Shown piece by piece: positions 11,969 to 25,466 of a stretch of 64,000 bases of DNA. Within the stretch, counting starts at the first letter, position 1, and each line of letters opens with the position of its first letter. A program made the translations under genes and the position numbers. The notes below the pieces were generated by a model. It did not search any database and was not told where the DNA came from. It saw only the letters and a program-made list of their open reading frames with translations. Source of the DNA: Hypanus sabinus (taxonomy: Eukaryota); NCBI RefSeq assembly GCF_030144855.1, contig NC_082722.1, positions 19,034,001 to 19,098,000 on the forward strand, in the 5' to 3' direction.

Positions 11969-13556
11969 ATACAATAGACAATAGGTGCAGAAGTAGACCA
12001 TTCGGCCCCTCGAGTCTGCACCGCCATTCTGAGATCATGGCTGATCATTCACTATCAATATCCAGTCCCTGACTTGATTCCCCTATCCATCAGATATCTA
12101 TCCAGCTCCTTCTTGAAAGCATCCAGAGAATTGGCCTCCACCGTCTTCCGAGGCAGTGCATTCCACACCTCCACAACTCTCTGGGAGAAGAAGCTCTTCC
12201 TCAACTCTGTTTTAAATAACTGACCTCTTATTCTCAATCCATGCCCTCTGGTACTGGACTCTCCCAACATCTGGAACATATTTCCTGCCTCAATCCTATC
12301 AAATCCTTTAATTATCTTAAACGTTTCAATCAGATCCCCTCTCAATCTCCTCAATTCCAGCGTGTACAAGCCCAATCTCTCCAATCTCTCTGCGTAAAAC
12401 AGCCCTGCCATCCCAGGAATCAACCTAGTGAATCTACGCTGCACTTCCTCAATTGCCAGAATGTCCTTCCTTAAATCTGGAGACCAAAACTGTACACAAT
12501 ATTCCAGGTGTGGTCTCACCAGGGCCCTGTACAAATGCAAAAGAACATCCTTGCTCTTGTATTCAATTCCCCTTGTAACAAAGGCCAACATTCCATTTGC
12601 CCTCTTCACTGCCTGTTGCACTTGCTCATTCACCTTCATTGACTGGTGAACTAGGACTCCTAGGTCTCTTTGCATTTCTCCCTTACCTAACTCGACACCG
12701 TTCAGACAATACTCTGCCCTCTTGTTCCAGCTTCCAAAGTGGATAACTTCACATTTATTCACATTGAATGACATCTGCCAAGTATCTGCCCACTCACTCA
12801 GCCTATCCAAGTCTCCCTGTATTCTCCTAACGTCCTCTTTGCATGTCACACTGCCACCCAGTTTAGTATCGTCAGCAAACTTGCTGATATAGTTTTCAAT
12901 GCCCTCATCTAAATCATTGACATAAATCGTAAAGAGCTGTGGTCCCAATACAGAGCCCTGTGGTACCCCACTAGTCACCTCCAGCCAGTCCGAGAAACAC
13001 CCATTCACTGCTACCCTTTGCTTTCTATCTGCCAACCAGTTTTCTATCCATGTTGAAACCCTGCCCCCAATGCCATGAGCTCTGATTTTACTCACCAATC
13101 TCCTATGTGGCACCTTATCGAATGCCTTCTGAAAATCTAGGTACACAACATCCTCGTCTATCCCTCGTCTAACATCCTTGTTACACCCTCAAAAAACTCC
13201 AACAGATTAGTCAAGCATGATTTGCCCTTGGTAAATCCATGCTGGCTCGGCCTAATCCTATTTCTGCCATCTAGATGTGCCACTATTTCGTCCTTAATAA
13301 TGGACTCGAGCATCTTCCCCACGACTGACGTTAGGCTAACAGGGCGATAGTTCTCCGTTTTCTCCTTCCCTCCCTTCTTGAAAAGTGGGACAACATTAGC
13401 CACTCTCCAATCTTCAGGAACTGATCCTGAATCTAAGGAACATTGGAAAATGATTACCAATGCATCTGCAATTTCCTGAGCCACCTCTTTTAGAACCCTC
13501 GGATGCAGACCATCTGGACCCGGGGATTTATTAGCCTTCAGTCCTACCAGTCTACT
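11969..13556 (-). mobile_element. Relatively young CR1 LINE, 3' 1.6 kb
   Basis: 363-aa ORF 12055-13146 ([29 protein letters not shown]) plus ORF 13158 onward (KSPGPDGLHPR). Lies tail-to-tail with the + copy. Confidence 0.95.
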
Positions 13557-16340
13557 CCTTTGTCTTATGGTCTTTTTTATTTTTATTTTTTTGAAATTTA
13601 TTTTATTATTGAAGTTCATCATCAAACAAACATTTCCATAAGATGTATTTCAGACATTGTACATATATATCACAAATCTCCACAAAGTATTTATCTGAGG
13701 TATACACTTATGGAAAAGAGCAGAAAGATAAAACAATCAAAAGGGAAGAACTATGTACAAGTAGGGAGTGATCTTTTTTTTTTACAACAGATTCATTGAT
13801 TTGTGAGAATAAAATCAGGCCTATGAGGCATTATGTAGTTAAACCATTTTTCCCAGTATGAATCAAATTGTTCCAGCTTATGGTTAACAGATGCTGTTAT
13901 CGTCTCCATTTTGTAAATGCCCATTGTAATTTCCATCTATGTATTTAAAGTTGGGCTCTCCTGTGATAACCATTTCCTAGTAAGAGTCTTTTTACCAGCC
14001 ACCAACAATATATTCATTAAATATTTACCTCTTTTCAACCATTCTTGAGGTATATAATCCAAAACATATGGTCTTACTCTCTGAGGGTATTTCACATTTA
14101 AAGATGTCTTGTAGGGCATTGTGTATCCCCCTCCAATAGCCTTTGATAAGAGGGCCATCCCAAAAAATATGATAATGATTTGCATTTTGATTTCCACAGT
14201 TTCTCCAGCAAACAGGGAGGTTACTATCATAATGGGATTTCTGAGAGGGTGTAATAAAATATCTTATCAAGATTTTCCATCCAAACTCCCTCCATTTCTG
14301 TGAACTGGTACAGTTCCATTGATATCTGCATATTGTTGTCCATTCTTCCTCAGATATAATTATCCCTCCTTCCTTCTCCCATTTTGTTTTAATGTATGAA
14401 GTCTAATGTGTTTTAAGATTTGACAGCCCCTTATACATGCCTGAAATGATTCTACTACCATTATCTGAATTATATGCTTTTCTAAAGAGCTCTATCAAGC
14501 ATGTATTTGCCTTGGTTACATTTTTAAACGTCTTATTAACATATTGTCGCATCTTTAAATACCAATAAAAACTTGTTTTTCTAATAAGTGTTTCTCTTTA
14601 AGCATTTCAGAACTGAACTGTGTTTCTGCTTTCATTATATTGCAAAGAACTGTTATTCGTTTAGCTGTCCAGTCCTTAAATCTAGCATCCAATTTATTTG
14701 GTGTGAAATCCGAGTCATATGCACACTATTTAAGAATTGCAATATTTCCCTCTAGATTATATACTTTTATAGTAGTTTTCCATAGTTTAAGAGTCAATTT
14801 CACCCATGGGTTATCAATAGTATTTATGTACCTTTGCAGATTGTTATCAGCAAAAATTGCTTGTATGGGATGGGAAGTACCCGCTCCTTAATGTTTTTCC
14901 ATTTTAGCGTCATATGATGGGTTACACCAACATATTACTGCTCTCAACTGTGCTGCAAAATAATATTCTCTAAGAGAAGGTAGGCCCCATCCACCCTTTT
15001 TCTTTGCTAATTGCAAAGTTTTGAGACGAACTCTAGGCCTGTTACCGTGCCAAATATACCTTGATAGCATCTTGTTCCATTCATCGAATTGATTTTGATT
15101 AATCTCTATTGGTAGGGTCTGAAAGAGATAGAACAGTCTGGGCAGTATATTCATTTTTATAGACTCAATCCTTGAACTGAGACTGAAAAAGGAATCAGGT
15201 TCCATCTTGCCACATATTCCTTTAATTTTTTTATATAAAGGCTGATAATTGCATTCTGATAAATTTGCCAAATCTTTTGGCATAATGATGCCCAAATATT
15301 TGAAAAACTCTGTGTGCCATGCCCATGGGGTATCGACTTTCAATTTCTCTTGGTGGGCTATAGTAATACGAAAGTAATTGGGTTTTATCTATGGTGATCT
15401 TTTATCCTGATAATTGACCATATTGTTCAAAGGAATCCATCAATTTAGGTTGGTTGCCCTAGATAGATCAAAATGTCATCCGCATAACAAGCCAATTTAA
15501 TTGGCTCTGTCCCTTTAATAGTAATTCCCCTGATATCTTCATTTTGTCTGATGTATTGAGCTAACAGTTCTAGATATAACACAAAGAGTAGTGGTGACCA
15601 TGTACAAGCCTGTCTCGTGCCCCTTTCTAGGCTAAAACTATTTGATAACTATCCATTGATTTTAATCCTAGCAGTAGGATTGTGATATAGTGCCTGTATA
15701 TTTTTAATGATTGTGTCTTGGAAACCAAATCTATGTAAAACTCTGTAATGAAAATTCCAGTTAACCGAATCAAATGCTTTTACCGCGTCCATGATTATCA
15801 CTATTGCTTCGATTTTATTCTTTTGCATATGATCCATAATGTGAAGTGTCCTTCGTATATTGCCTTGTGTCTGACATTGTCGTATAAAACCTGTCTGATC
15901 GTTCTGTATCAGTATGGGTAGAAACTCCTCTAGTCGTTTGGCCATAATGGAGGTAAATAACCTATAATCTACATTAAAAATGAATATTGGTCTAAATGAC
16001 CCGCATTCAATTTTATCCTTGCCTTCTTTCGGTATAGCTGAGATTATCGCTTCCTTCCAACTGGGTGGCCTTTTTTAGAGCTCAGTTCAGTGTGGGGAGT
16101 AAAACAGGAATTAACTCATTTTTAAATTCTTTGTAACACTCTGCTGTATAGCCATCTGATGACTTGCTTAATTTAAGCCTACTAATTGCAGCTTTTAATT
16201 CAACTTCAGTTATGTCAGCAGTCATCCTTCTATTTTGTTCTTCGCTTAAAGTGGGTAACTCTACTAGACTCTAATTAGAATTACAGTCAATCCTTTGGCC
16301 TAACCAGAGCTCTGCTGACCATTTAGAAACATCTTGATTT
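13557..16340 (-). mobile_element. L1-clade LINE ORF2, 5'-truncated and degenerate
   Basis: DQTGFI, DAVKAFDSVNW, KYLGI, ILPRLFYLFQTLP and GGWGLPSLREYY motifs. A-rich tail at about 13560-13610 abuts the CR1. Confidence 0.9.
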
Positions 16341-16479
16341 TTTCTCAGATTGTCATGTATTCAAGCATTTGAAATAAAAAAAATAAAAACAATAAATTGA
16401 ATACTTAAAAAAAGAACAAAAGACTGACTGCTAAGGCGGAAATGGCTCGACCGAGAAGGCACAGTTTTAAAGTGTTTTG

Positions 16480-16700
16480 AAGTAGCTACAGAGGGGATGT
16501 CAGAGGTAGAATTTTTACGCAGAGAGTGGTGAGAACTGCGGCGACGGTGGTGGAGACGGATACAATAGGGTCTTTTAAGAGACTCTTGTTTGGGTACATG
16601 GAACTTAGAACAATAGAGGGCTATGGGTAACCCTAGGTAATTTCTAAGGTAAGGACATGTTCGGTACAGCTTTGTGGACCGCAGCTCGTGCATTGTGCTA
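16480..16700 (+). mobile_element. CR1 3' end
   Basis: TTTTTACGCAGAGAGTGGTG...GGGTCTTTTAAGAGACTCTTG...GAGGGCTATGGG, typical of CR1 3' ends in this window. Confidence 0.75.
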
Positions 16701-18940
16701 GAGGATTTCCTTGTTTCTAAAGTGTCATATACTTTCCTGTGCTTTTCCGTCACAGTTAACGCTGAAAAAAATTATGCTGTTGAAAATATACAGATGTAGG
16801 ATTTATCTCTAAGGTATTTAAAACCAAAAGTGTATCGGCAGTCTTATTCAATTATTACCTAAGAGCTACCACGACAATCCCAACCGTTCTCAAACGAGGC
16901 CATTTATTTAATCAGCCAACTTGTTTTTAAGTGCTTGGTAATCAGTCCAAGTTACTGCTCCATTATTACACAGTATGAAGAATGGACTAATGGAGAGCAG
17001 AGAGTGGTTAATGTGGAAGTAATCACAGTGCTCTCATCTTTAGGATTTATGTGTCGAGAAAAAAGAACATCAGAAGATCATAAATCTCGACAGAAAACTT
17101 ACCTTCTGGAATTAGTGTTTTCTGCCGCAGACAGATATTTGTATTTGGCGTCATAAATTGCCTGTAATGTAAAATTAAGCTGTCTTTCATTAGAATACTC
17201 TCACTTTAGATTAGTCTCCAGATTCACAGCAGGATAATGTTCACAAAATCTATTTCCTCTCCTGGCTAAACTCGCAACAAATAGACCTCAATTACATCCC
17301 GTGGGATCCAATAGACAAAATATGTGTTACCTATGAAGAGCTTTAGGCCCCAAGCAGCCTCGTGATTTCAGATCTGGGAGGACAAGAGATGCAATTCAAT
17401 AATGGTGACAAAGCTTCTGTGAAAACTGTATAACATCCCAACCGCTTCATGGAAATTCGGAAACATAACTGCTCAAAATGGCGAAGCGTTTGACATGAGG
17501 ATCAGAATCTTATCTCCGTTCGTAAGAAGCACATGGAAGCTCAGTACTGTTACATCGCCACCCAAACTGGGTTTGAATATTCAGTGTATCATTTTATAAA
17601 TGGATAACGATTTATTCAGGTTAGACGCATGGGTGCGAGTTAATCCTTTTTTTCCCTGTATTAGGCTAATTTTTCTTTTCTCAATCGACTATCCTATTGT
17701 CAGCCGTTTACTATGTGGAAATGTAGGATATATATTGAAAGAGTTACATTTCCCGCAACGCAACTGCTCGTGCTTATTAGATTTTAAATGGAGCCTCGGA
17801 ACTGCAATCAATCATTTGAGGCTTCCTCGATGCGCGCTTTGTAGATTTCATCACAGTAACTCTTGAATCTCTGTCATCATTAAACTGAATAACTTGCTGT
17901 TGGAACTCTAAGCTATCTCTGTTTGTGATCAAAATCCGATACCCTGAATCGATTTCTATATCAGACAGCATTTGCTGCTGCTTTTCGCTGAATTCTTTGT
18001 GCGAGCTGGTCACAGAAGTGAGTGAGGAACCTGAGTATAATGGGGCCTACTTTAAAAATAAAACAGCCTGAAATCTGTCACTGGAATAAATTCGTGACGT
18101 TGTCACATTATATTCATTTGTTTCATGAAACTTATAGATTTAAATTACATGAACATTGCTGAAGCAACAGGCATCAATGTTCAGAATCGAAAATCATACA
18201 TCCTTCCGGAGACGTGTGCATTAAGACATCCAAGAGAATGTACTGGCTGTTCAAATCAGTTTCGTTCATCATTTCCTTTCTGGTTTGCAATTCAGACATT
18301 AAGCAGTGGTTCCCTAGTCGAACCGTTGTAACCAAACCCTAAAGGAAATTATCAAGAGAAACAAACTTTTCATTTATATAACACCTTCTCTTCCCGTCGC
18401 GGCTTAAAAACTTTTGGCTGTAAGAGCGCAACTGCTTTAGTAGAGAAACCAGCGGGGTGCTATTTCACTGAAGGAATATGATTGAAATGGAGCAAAACTG
18501 CAAAAGTAAATTGGAATGAAGAAATGGTGTTATTATTTTTGTCCGCCTATTAGACATTTATTCAACTCCTAAACGGATTTCCATCTTTACCATCAAAATG
18601 GGCTGAGTACAGATTTGAATTTATAACTCAATAAAGATTTGGATAATTCCTGAATTCAGCAGGAGGCCAAAATTCTGAATTCACCAAGAGGCCAAAATTT
18701 CCAGCATTATCAGGAAAGTACTAGGTAGGCCATGTAAAAAATTAAAACGATAAGAGTTCTTATTTTCCTCCCAGCCCAAGCAGATTTTAAATCTGAACCA
18801 CATTATTTTGTACCGTAGTGGCGTCATCCTACGTCATGTTTACATGATTAATACATTTCCTCACGAAGACCATTTCCTCCAGCAATTGCTTTTAAACCAC
18901 CACTTGCGTTGCAGGAATTAGTCGATTCGGATTCTGTAAG

Positions 18941-18995
18941 ATGTCGGAGATATTTACGGTTTCGTACATGGCATTTGTGACTATTACTTGGCTAA
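18941..18995 (+). CDS. Gene 1 exon 1: leader peptide
   Basis: MSEIFTVSYMAFVTITWL plus one base. Donor CTAA|GTATGC, phase 1, in frame with the V exon 204 nt downstream. Confidence 0.75.
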
Positions 18996-19199
18996 GTATG
19001 CTGATTTATTCCTGCCGCTCCGGATCTGAATATTCTATTTTAGAATATTTAACCCTGGGCGCCCGTAGCATATTTGGTTACAGTGTTGCAGATATTCGGT
19101 CGTCTTTATCTATTAGATGTCCATTGAATTACGTTGCTGATTTTTTGTTAATTCATTGGGGTTGACTGTTATTAACACTTTTGCTTATTTCTCCGGCAG

Positions 19200-19505
19200 C
19201 CTCCAAAGTAACTGCGAGCGAAGTCACTCAATTACCCAGGGACCTGGACGTCCTGCGAGGTGCAAATGTTACCATGTTCTGCAAATTTCCACTATCACAA
19301 GATACTGCTGACGTTCGTTGGTGGAGGGACGGCGACAAGACATTTTTAAAAAGCGACAGCAGAAGACATTTTGCTGTCGAAAGGGGAAGGGCAGAACTTG
19401 TACTCTGGAATGTCACATTCGCCGACTCCGGACGGTATTACTGTGAAGCAAAGTATCAAGAACAATCTTACGGTAGAGGAAGTGGCTCCAGGCTCACTGT
19501 TTTCG
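19200..19505 (+). CDS. Gene 1 exon 2: V-set Ig domain with germline-joined J motif
   Basis: CCGGCAG| ... TTCG|GTGAGT, 306 nt, phase 1-1. Canonical C (FCKF), W (VRWW), L.L.NV...DSGRYYC and G-strand GSGSRLTV, all in one exon. Confidence 0.95.
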
Positions 19506-20329
19506 GTGAGTGCGGTTGTTTGGAGATTTTCAGTTCTGTGCATTTTACATCAAACTTAGTGATGAGGATAAAACGAAATGTTTATTCTTGATAAAACAAA
19601 CGGCGAGAATACACTTATTTCCCAAGTTTAAATACAGACCGGTCCAAATGTTCTCAATTCGGAATTATAAAGAACAGAAGAATTAATCACATTTCATGTA
19701 GCAGCTTCAAGGTGCATAATAGAGTTAATTCTGTTTGTCGTATTGTACTTCCCCAGGGTCTTTCCCGCTGCTGTTCATCCAGCCCTGTTCATCAGCTACC
19801 TCCCATTTTAAACTAATGTCCAAGGTTTGTGATACCTTTGGACTTTACCCTTATTACTGCGAAGGTACTTTCAATGCAACGAGTTACTTTACAAGCATGG
19901 TTAGGATTGTTTTGCAAGCAAGAAGCCGAAAAATTATTCATACTAATGTGAATGGCTGGAGTTGGATAACTCGATTCGTCATCACAGAGGACGCAAAATA
20001 TATGAAAACGTATATAATCTCTATTGAAAAGTATGTATGCAGCAGGCCAATGCTCCATTTCAGCATCAACAAGTAGAGAGGAATAATACCCAGTTCCAAA
20101 CGAATTAATTCCAACATCGTGCCAATTTCTCGCATGCATTGCAAATTGTCATTCCAACTTTTGTCATGCAGGATTAGCAAAATCTATATTTCTTTCACCA
20201 TACAAAATGGGGAGAAAGAAGGACCTCTTAAGATCAAAGTGAATTTTGATAGGGTTGGACAACAGCTTGCAATTACCTTCATTAAATTCTATCTGCCATT
20301 TTCAGTCCACCTGGTCCATTACCCGCTTC

Positions 20330-20700
20330 GAGATTTGATACGCATGTGACACAGCACTAGACAAAGGCCTTCGTTCAAAGAACAACTATCTGCTACCATA
20401 CTCTGGCTTCTCCGGCGAAGCCAACGTTAGATACAACTTACGACTTCATCCTGATTGCCAAGCGATCGTACCTGATTAACCCACCACCCCAATGCAGAAC
20501 TTTTCCAAAGACCTTGCTAAAATCCATGTTGACCATATCCACAGTTATTCTTCATCAAGATCAATAGTAACCCGCTCGATACGCTCATTAAGATTGGTTA
20601 GACATAAACTACCTTGCACAAAACAGTGTTGTCAATCGCCAATACAGCAAAGTCTATCTAAATATTTATTTATCTCCTCTTTAGAACATCTTCCTATATA
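20330..20700 (-). mobile_element. Degenerate CR1 RT fragment
   Basis: Reverse strand resembles the QHCFVQGR.CLTNL...VDVIYMDFSK segment. Confidence 0.6.
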
Positions 20701-20739
20701 TTACTCACTTTTCTGTAATACAAACTAGTCTATATTATC

Positions 20740-22350
20740 CCGGCTTATTCTGAGAGTATATCTTGAACAACGGCAAAACTAGAAACATAATTGCAAAGCA
20801 AGTTCTTGGGAAAATGAAAGGTCTGAAGGTAAGTAATTTAAATAGACCAGATGATGTACATCCCAGGATTCTGTTAAAAGTTGCTGATGATATTGTGGAG
20901 GCATTAGCAAAGGTCTTTTGAGAATTACTCGATTCCAGATTGGTTCTGATAGGCTGGAAAATTGCAAATGTCACTCCACTCTTCAAGAAGGCAGAGAGGC
21001 AGAAAAGCGGAACTGTGGGCCAGTCAGTCCACCTCACTGGTTTTCAAGGTATTGGAGTCCTTTATTAAAGATCAGATCTTAGGTTACTTGTAGGCACATA
21101 ACAAAACAATCCATATTCAGCCTGATTTCCTGAAGGGGAACCAGATAAATCTGATTGAATTATTTGAAGGAATGGAAAGCAGGATAGATAAAGATTGGTA
21201 GAATCGTTTGTTGTGTACTTGGATTTTCAGAAGGCCTTTGACAAGATACCATGCACATGGCTGTTTAAAAAATTCCGAGCCCAAAGTATTGCAGGAAAAA
21301 TTCTAGTGCGGATAAAACAGTGGCTGGTTGGTAAGAAACAAGGAATGGGAATAAGGGAGCATTTGATGGTTGGCTGCCTATGACTAATGTTATTACACAT
21401 GGGTCTGTGTTGTGACCAGTTCTTTTAAGGTTATATGTCAATGATATGGATGATTTAATTGATGACTTTGTTACAAAGTGTGAAGACGATATGAAGATAG
21501 GTGGACAGGCAGGTAGTTTTTAGAAATTAGAGAGGCTACAGAAGGACGTAGACAGATTAGGAGAATAGGCAAAGAAGTGGCAGAAGGAATACAGTGTCGA
21601 GAAGTGTGTGGTTATGCACTTTGGTGGAGGGTATGAAAGTATTGACTATTTTCTAACCAGATAGAAAATACAAAAACATGGATGTGCAAAGGGGCTTGGG
21701 AGTCCGTCTGCAGTATTCCATGCAGGTTAATTTGCAGGTTGAGTTTGTGGGCAGGAAGGCAAATGCAATAACAGCATTCGTTTCAAGAGAACTAGAATAT
21801 AATAGCCAGGATGTAATGTTGAGACGTTATAAAACACTGGTCATAGGTCATGACACATTGTGAGCAATTTTGACTCCTTATCTTGGAAAGAATGTGCTAA
21901 AACTGGAGTGGGTTCAAAAGAGGTTCAGAGCACTGATTCCAGAATTAAATAGCTAGCCATATGAGAGCGTTTTATGGCTGTGGGCCTATTTTCACTAGAA
22001 TTCAGAAAAAATAAATAGTGATGATCACATTGAAACCTATTGATAGTGTGGATGTGGAGAGGATGTCCTCTACAGTGGGAGAATATAAGACCAGAGGACG
22101 CAGCTTCAGAATAGAGGGAGCATCCTTTTAAAAAGGAGATGAAGGGGATTTTTTTTTTGCCACAGGCAGCTGTGGAGACAAAGTCGTTATGGATATTTAA
22201 AGCAGAGGTGATAGATTTTTGATTGGTTAGGGCATGAATAGCTACAGGGAGAAGGCAGGAGTTCTGGGCTGAGAGGAAAGTATTAGCTATGATGGAATGT
22301 CAGAGCAAACTTGGTGGGCCAAATGGCCTAATTCGGCTCCTATATCCAAT
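20740..22350 (+). mobile_element. Degenerate CR1 LINE in gene 1 intron 2
   Basis: WKIANVTPLFKK, YLDFQKAFDKIP and VQRGLGV...KANA remnants plus a CR1 3' UTR. Confidence 0.85.
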
Positions 22351-23828
22351 AGTCATATGGTCTTAAAACATTATTTATGCAGTAGTCTTCCTGCACCTCA
22401 CCCAAGAACATTCTGAATACCTCTATCGGGGCACTTTCACTATCTGCATTAGCTTCCAATGATGTCCGATAGGATACATTGGTATGTCCTGGGGACTTCT
22501 GCACCCTAATTTGCCTCAAAGCTGTAATCCGTATATGGGCCATGACATATCTTCTGGTTTGATTTAGTTTTATAGTCACTGTGCAGGTCTCCCGACTAAG
22601 TACAAATGGAAATATATCAGATCTCGCCCCATCTCTTTCGGCTACATGGATTGTTGAACCCGCTGATCTTCAAATGCATCATTTTTTTTCCTGTCGCTAA
22701 CCCTTTCTGATTAGTGTATCTGCAGAAGCCCTTCGATTTTTTTCTTCACCTTAGAATTGTCCTTCACCTAGAATTTGGGAAGGCCAAGAATGTTGACGTC
22801 GGTATAGGCGTGGGAAGTGGAGACAGGCAATCGTGAGCTCCGCGTGGCTATTGTAGGCAGAGCGAAATCCTAACTGCTGTGACAAGCAGATAAAGCAATC
22901 CATCTATTGAATCTCCCCTGTTAGACACCGACCGTAGTTGTAGCGGAAGCAGTCCACGTTTTCAAAACCTTAAAATTGGGCTCGCAATTTCCAGAAACGG
23001 TCCTATAGCAGTGCCAAGTCGCTGTCGACAGTTTTGCTGCAGGTCTTCAGGTTTTAGAAAAAAATGAACTATAGAATCAGTCCGCTTAATATCAATTTGC
23101 ATTTTCTTCCTGGTTGTTTCACGGAGGAGATGATCTGCCACATTCAATACGGGGGAACTGTTGCAAGAGTGGTTCATATTCCGGGGGAAGCTTCATTACT
23201 GAATGTTTATGCCAGGAAAGATCATCCCCAAGACCTAGAACCCTCCCTAAGCAGTTGAACGACCAGAATGTTAGATTCCATGTGCATTTGTACTATAGAA
23301 ATCTGTGATATTTTGGGATTTGTAGCGCAGTTATGATACGAAATGCAAAATCCAAGTGTAGCCAGCTTTCCAAAGTTAACGGCCGCCGCAAGCCAAACTG
23401 TGCAAAAAAGAACAAATACCATTCAAAAGAGAATGTCTTCCTCACTTCGGACCTCTTAGCTTCGCTGTCGAGGTGTATTCTCTGAACTCTTCCTTTCATC
23501 TATTTCCCAAGGTGACTGTGTTTTATTTTGCTTATTTTGTGCCTGTCTCTGCTAGATAGTAATTATATGTGTTGTGTGTGACTATATATACTGTACTGTA
23601 TTTTACAACTTGGCCCCAGAAGAACAATATTTCGCTTAGCGGTGTGTGTGTACGGTTGAGCAACAATAAGCAGACCATGAAATTGAAAGAATTTATTAAA
23701 TACTGGTTATTACTGGCGTCTAACTAATTTGATATTTAGAATGTCATGCTGGTTGGTTGGGAGATTAAAGAATCTACCTGCACTGAAATGGATTGGAAAT
23801 AACCAATATAAATTTGTTTTTATTCAAG

Positions 23829-24122
23829 CTCCTCCAACTCCATTGGAAATTGTTCCTGTTGGAGGGTTTTCGTCTCCTCGAAAGCTTCTTTGTAAAACGG
23901 CTGCCTTCTACCCGGAGAAATTAGTAATCGTTTGGCAAAGAAATAACAAACGAATTCACATTGGAATAGAAAATGTGACAAAAGCGAACGTGGATGGCTT
24001 GTACGAAGCTTCTAGTTTATTGGAAATCACGCAGTCTACGCGGGGAAAAGATATTTACACCTGCCTGGTATCGCATGTATCCCTCACGGTGCCTGCAAGT
24101 TTCAGCTACATCCTGGAGCAAG
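23829..24122 (+). CDS. Gene 1 exon 3: C1-set Ig domain
   Basis: TTATTCAAG| ... CAAG|GTAAGA, 294 nt, phase 1-1. LLCKTAAFYPEKLVIVW, DGLYEASSLL and YTCLVSH are C1-set hallmarks. Confidence 0.95.
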
Positions 24123-24710
24123 GTAAGATGGTGTCTTGATGAAGTCCTGATGTTTGATGTCAGCCTTAAATGTTTACACTTCAGGTTTGCCTGATCGGCT
24201 AAGTTCATCCAGGATTTTATTTGTTACTCTGGATTTCAACATATTCAGAATCACTTGCCCTCAGTGTAAGATGGAAGCGCTTACAAGTCATAGTGGTGGG
24301 ATCAATGTAACCTTGTTAAGAACAGTAACCGAACAGTACGCAACCACGGAAGAATGACTAATTTTGAAGATTAGTAATTGACAGGGAATATTAAACGTGA
24401 AAGGTGTTGAGTAGTTGATGCGTTATTCTCGTCGGTGTAAATCGTGTAGGACGAATTAAGAAATTGAATACGTGCAGTATTTGTACCGTAGCAAACGTCT
24501 GGACATTTGCTAAAAATATAACAAAGCAAAACGTAAACTCTAAAACACATAGTGATATAACAAAGATGGGAATATACATTTCGTATCTTACTATATATTT
24601 TCCGATCGTCTGTAGTGAGATTAAAAACGAGCCTATAAAATATTTTGATTCTCATCTATGCATTTGTTTAAAGATGAATAAATGCTTCACAGTTTCTTGT
24701 TTTCCCCCAG

Positions 24711-24821
24711 TTCATCCACAAGGCGCTGATACTAAATTGATTCTCGCATATACAGTGGACGGATTGGCAATTTTAGCACTGATAATAGTTTTGGTGACAG
24801 TCAACTTAAAGAGATCGCACG
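24711..24821 (+). CDS. Gene 1 exon 4: transmembrane exon (alternative in-frame acceptor at 24723)
   Basis: (VHPQ)GADTKLILAYTVDGLAILALIIVLVTVNLKRSH. Donor CACG|GTAAGA, phase 1-1. The paralogous exon is at 63216-63314. Confidence 0.88.
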
Positions 24822-25422
24822 GTAAGAACGCTGATCGCTGAGAAACATTACATTCTGTTTGAAACATTCGTCCAAACAGACGTGCAAATGACATTTAACT
24901 TCAAAACAGTAAATGTTCTCTACAAAATGATTGGACATGGATCGCGATTTTCGAAGTCAAATTTCAGTGATAATATTCGGTTACAATAGAAGCTAGAACT
25001 TAAAATTCAACTGTTTCACCAGTCCACTCGAAGTATTACACATCTCATTCATAAATGCTTTTCCTTGACTTTGAATCTCTTCAATTATTTTAAACACAAT
25101 GGCAGATCCATATTTTGAAGCATAAAGAACATTGTTGAACTCGTGCATGTCTCATTGATTTTAATTTCCATTTCAGCGACAGTATTTAAATGTACTACGG
25201 CGCTGATGTGCTCTTATCACTTTACGGCTTCGTTAGAAGTTTAAGTTTACTGAGCATCGTGCCATAAGGTTGACGTGGAACACAGTGTATTACGATATCA
25301 CCAAATGCTTTCTGAACTATCCCTGTCTTGAGCAGTTCCTCTTATACAATGAATGCGATTGGTATCAAACGAATAATGCCCAATTTTTACAATTAAAAAT
25401 AATTTATTTTATCTTTCTTAAG

Positions 25423-25466
25423 GGATTAACACAAGTTCTTTGGACGGATCTCAGAATGAAGCGCCG
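25423..25466 (+). CDS. Gene 1 exon 5: cytoplasmic mini-exon (GINTSSLDGSQNEAP)
   Basis: TTTCTTAAG| 44 nt |GTAGGT, phase 1 to 0. Both splice sites and the length are conserved in the paralogue at 62337-62380. Confidence 0.8.

Noticed and set aside
12055-13146. 363-aa ORF, the longest in the window
   Set aside because: CR1 reverse transcriptase C-terminus, not a host gene.
25281-25308. 12-RSS-like CACAGTG-N12-ACCAAATGC in a gene 1 intron
   Set aside because: The nonamer matches only 6/9, it is not next to a V, D or J segment, and the heptamer is not kept in arm B.
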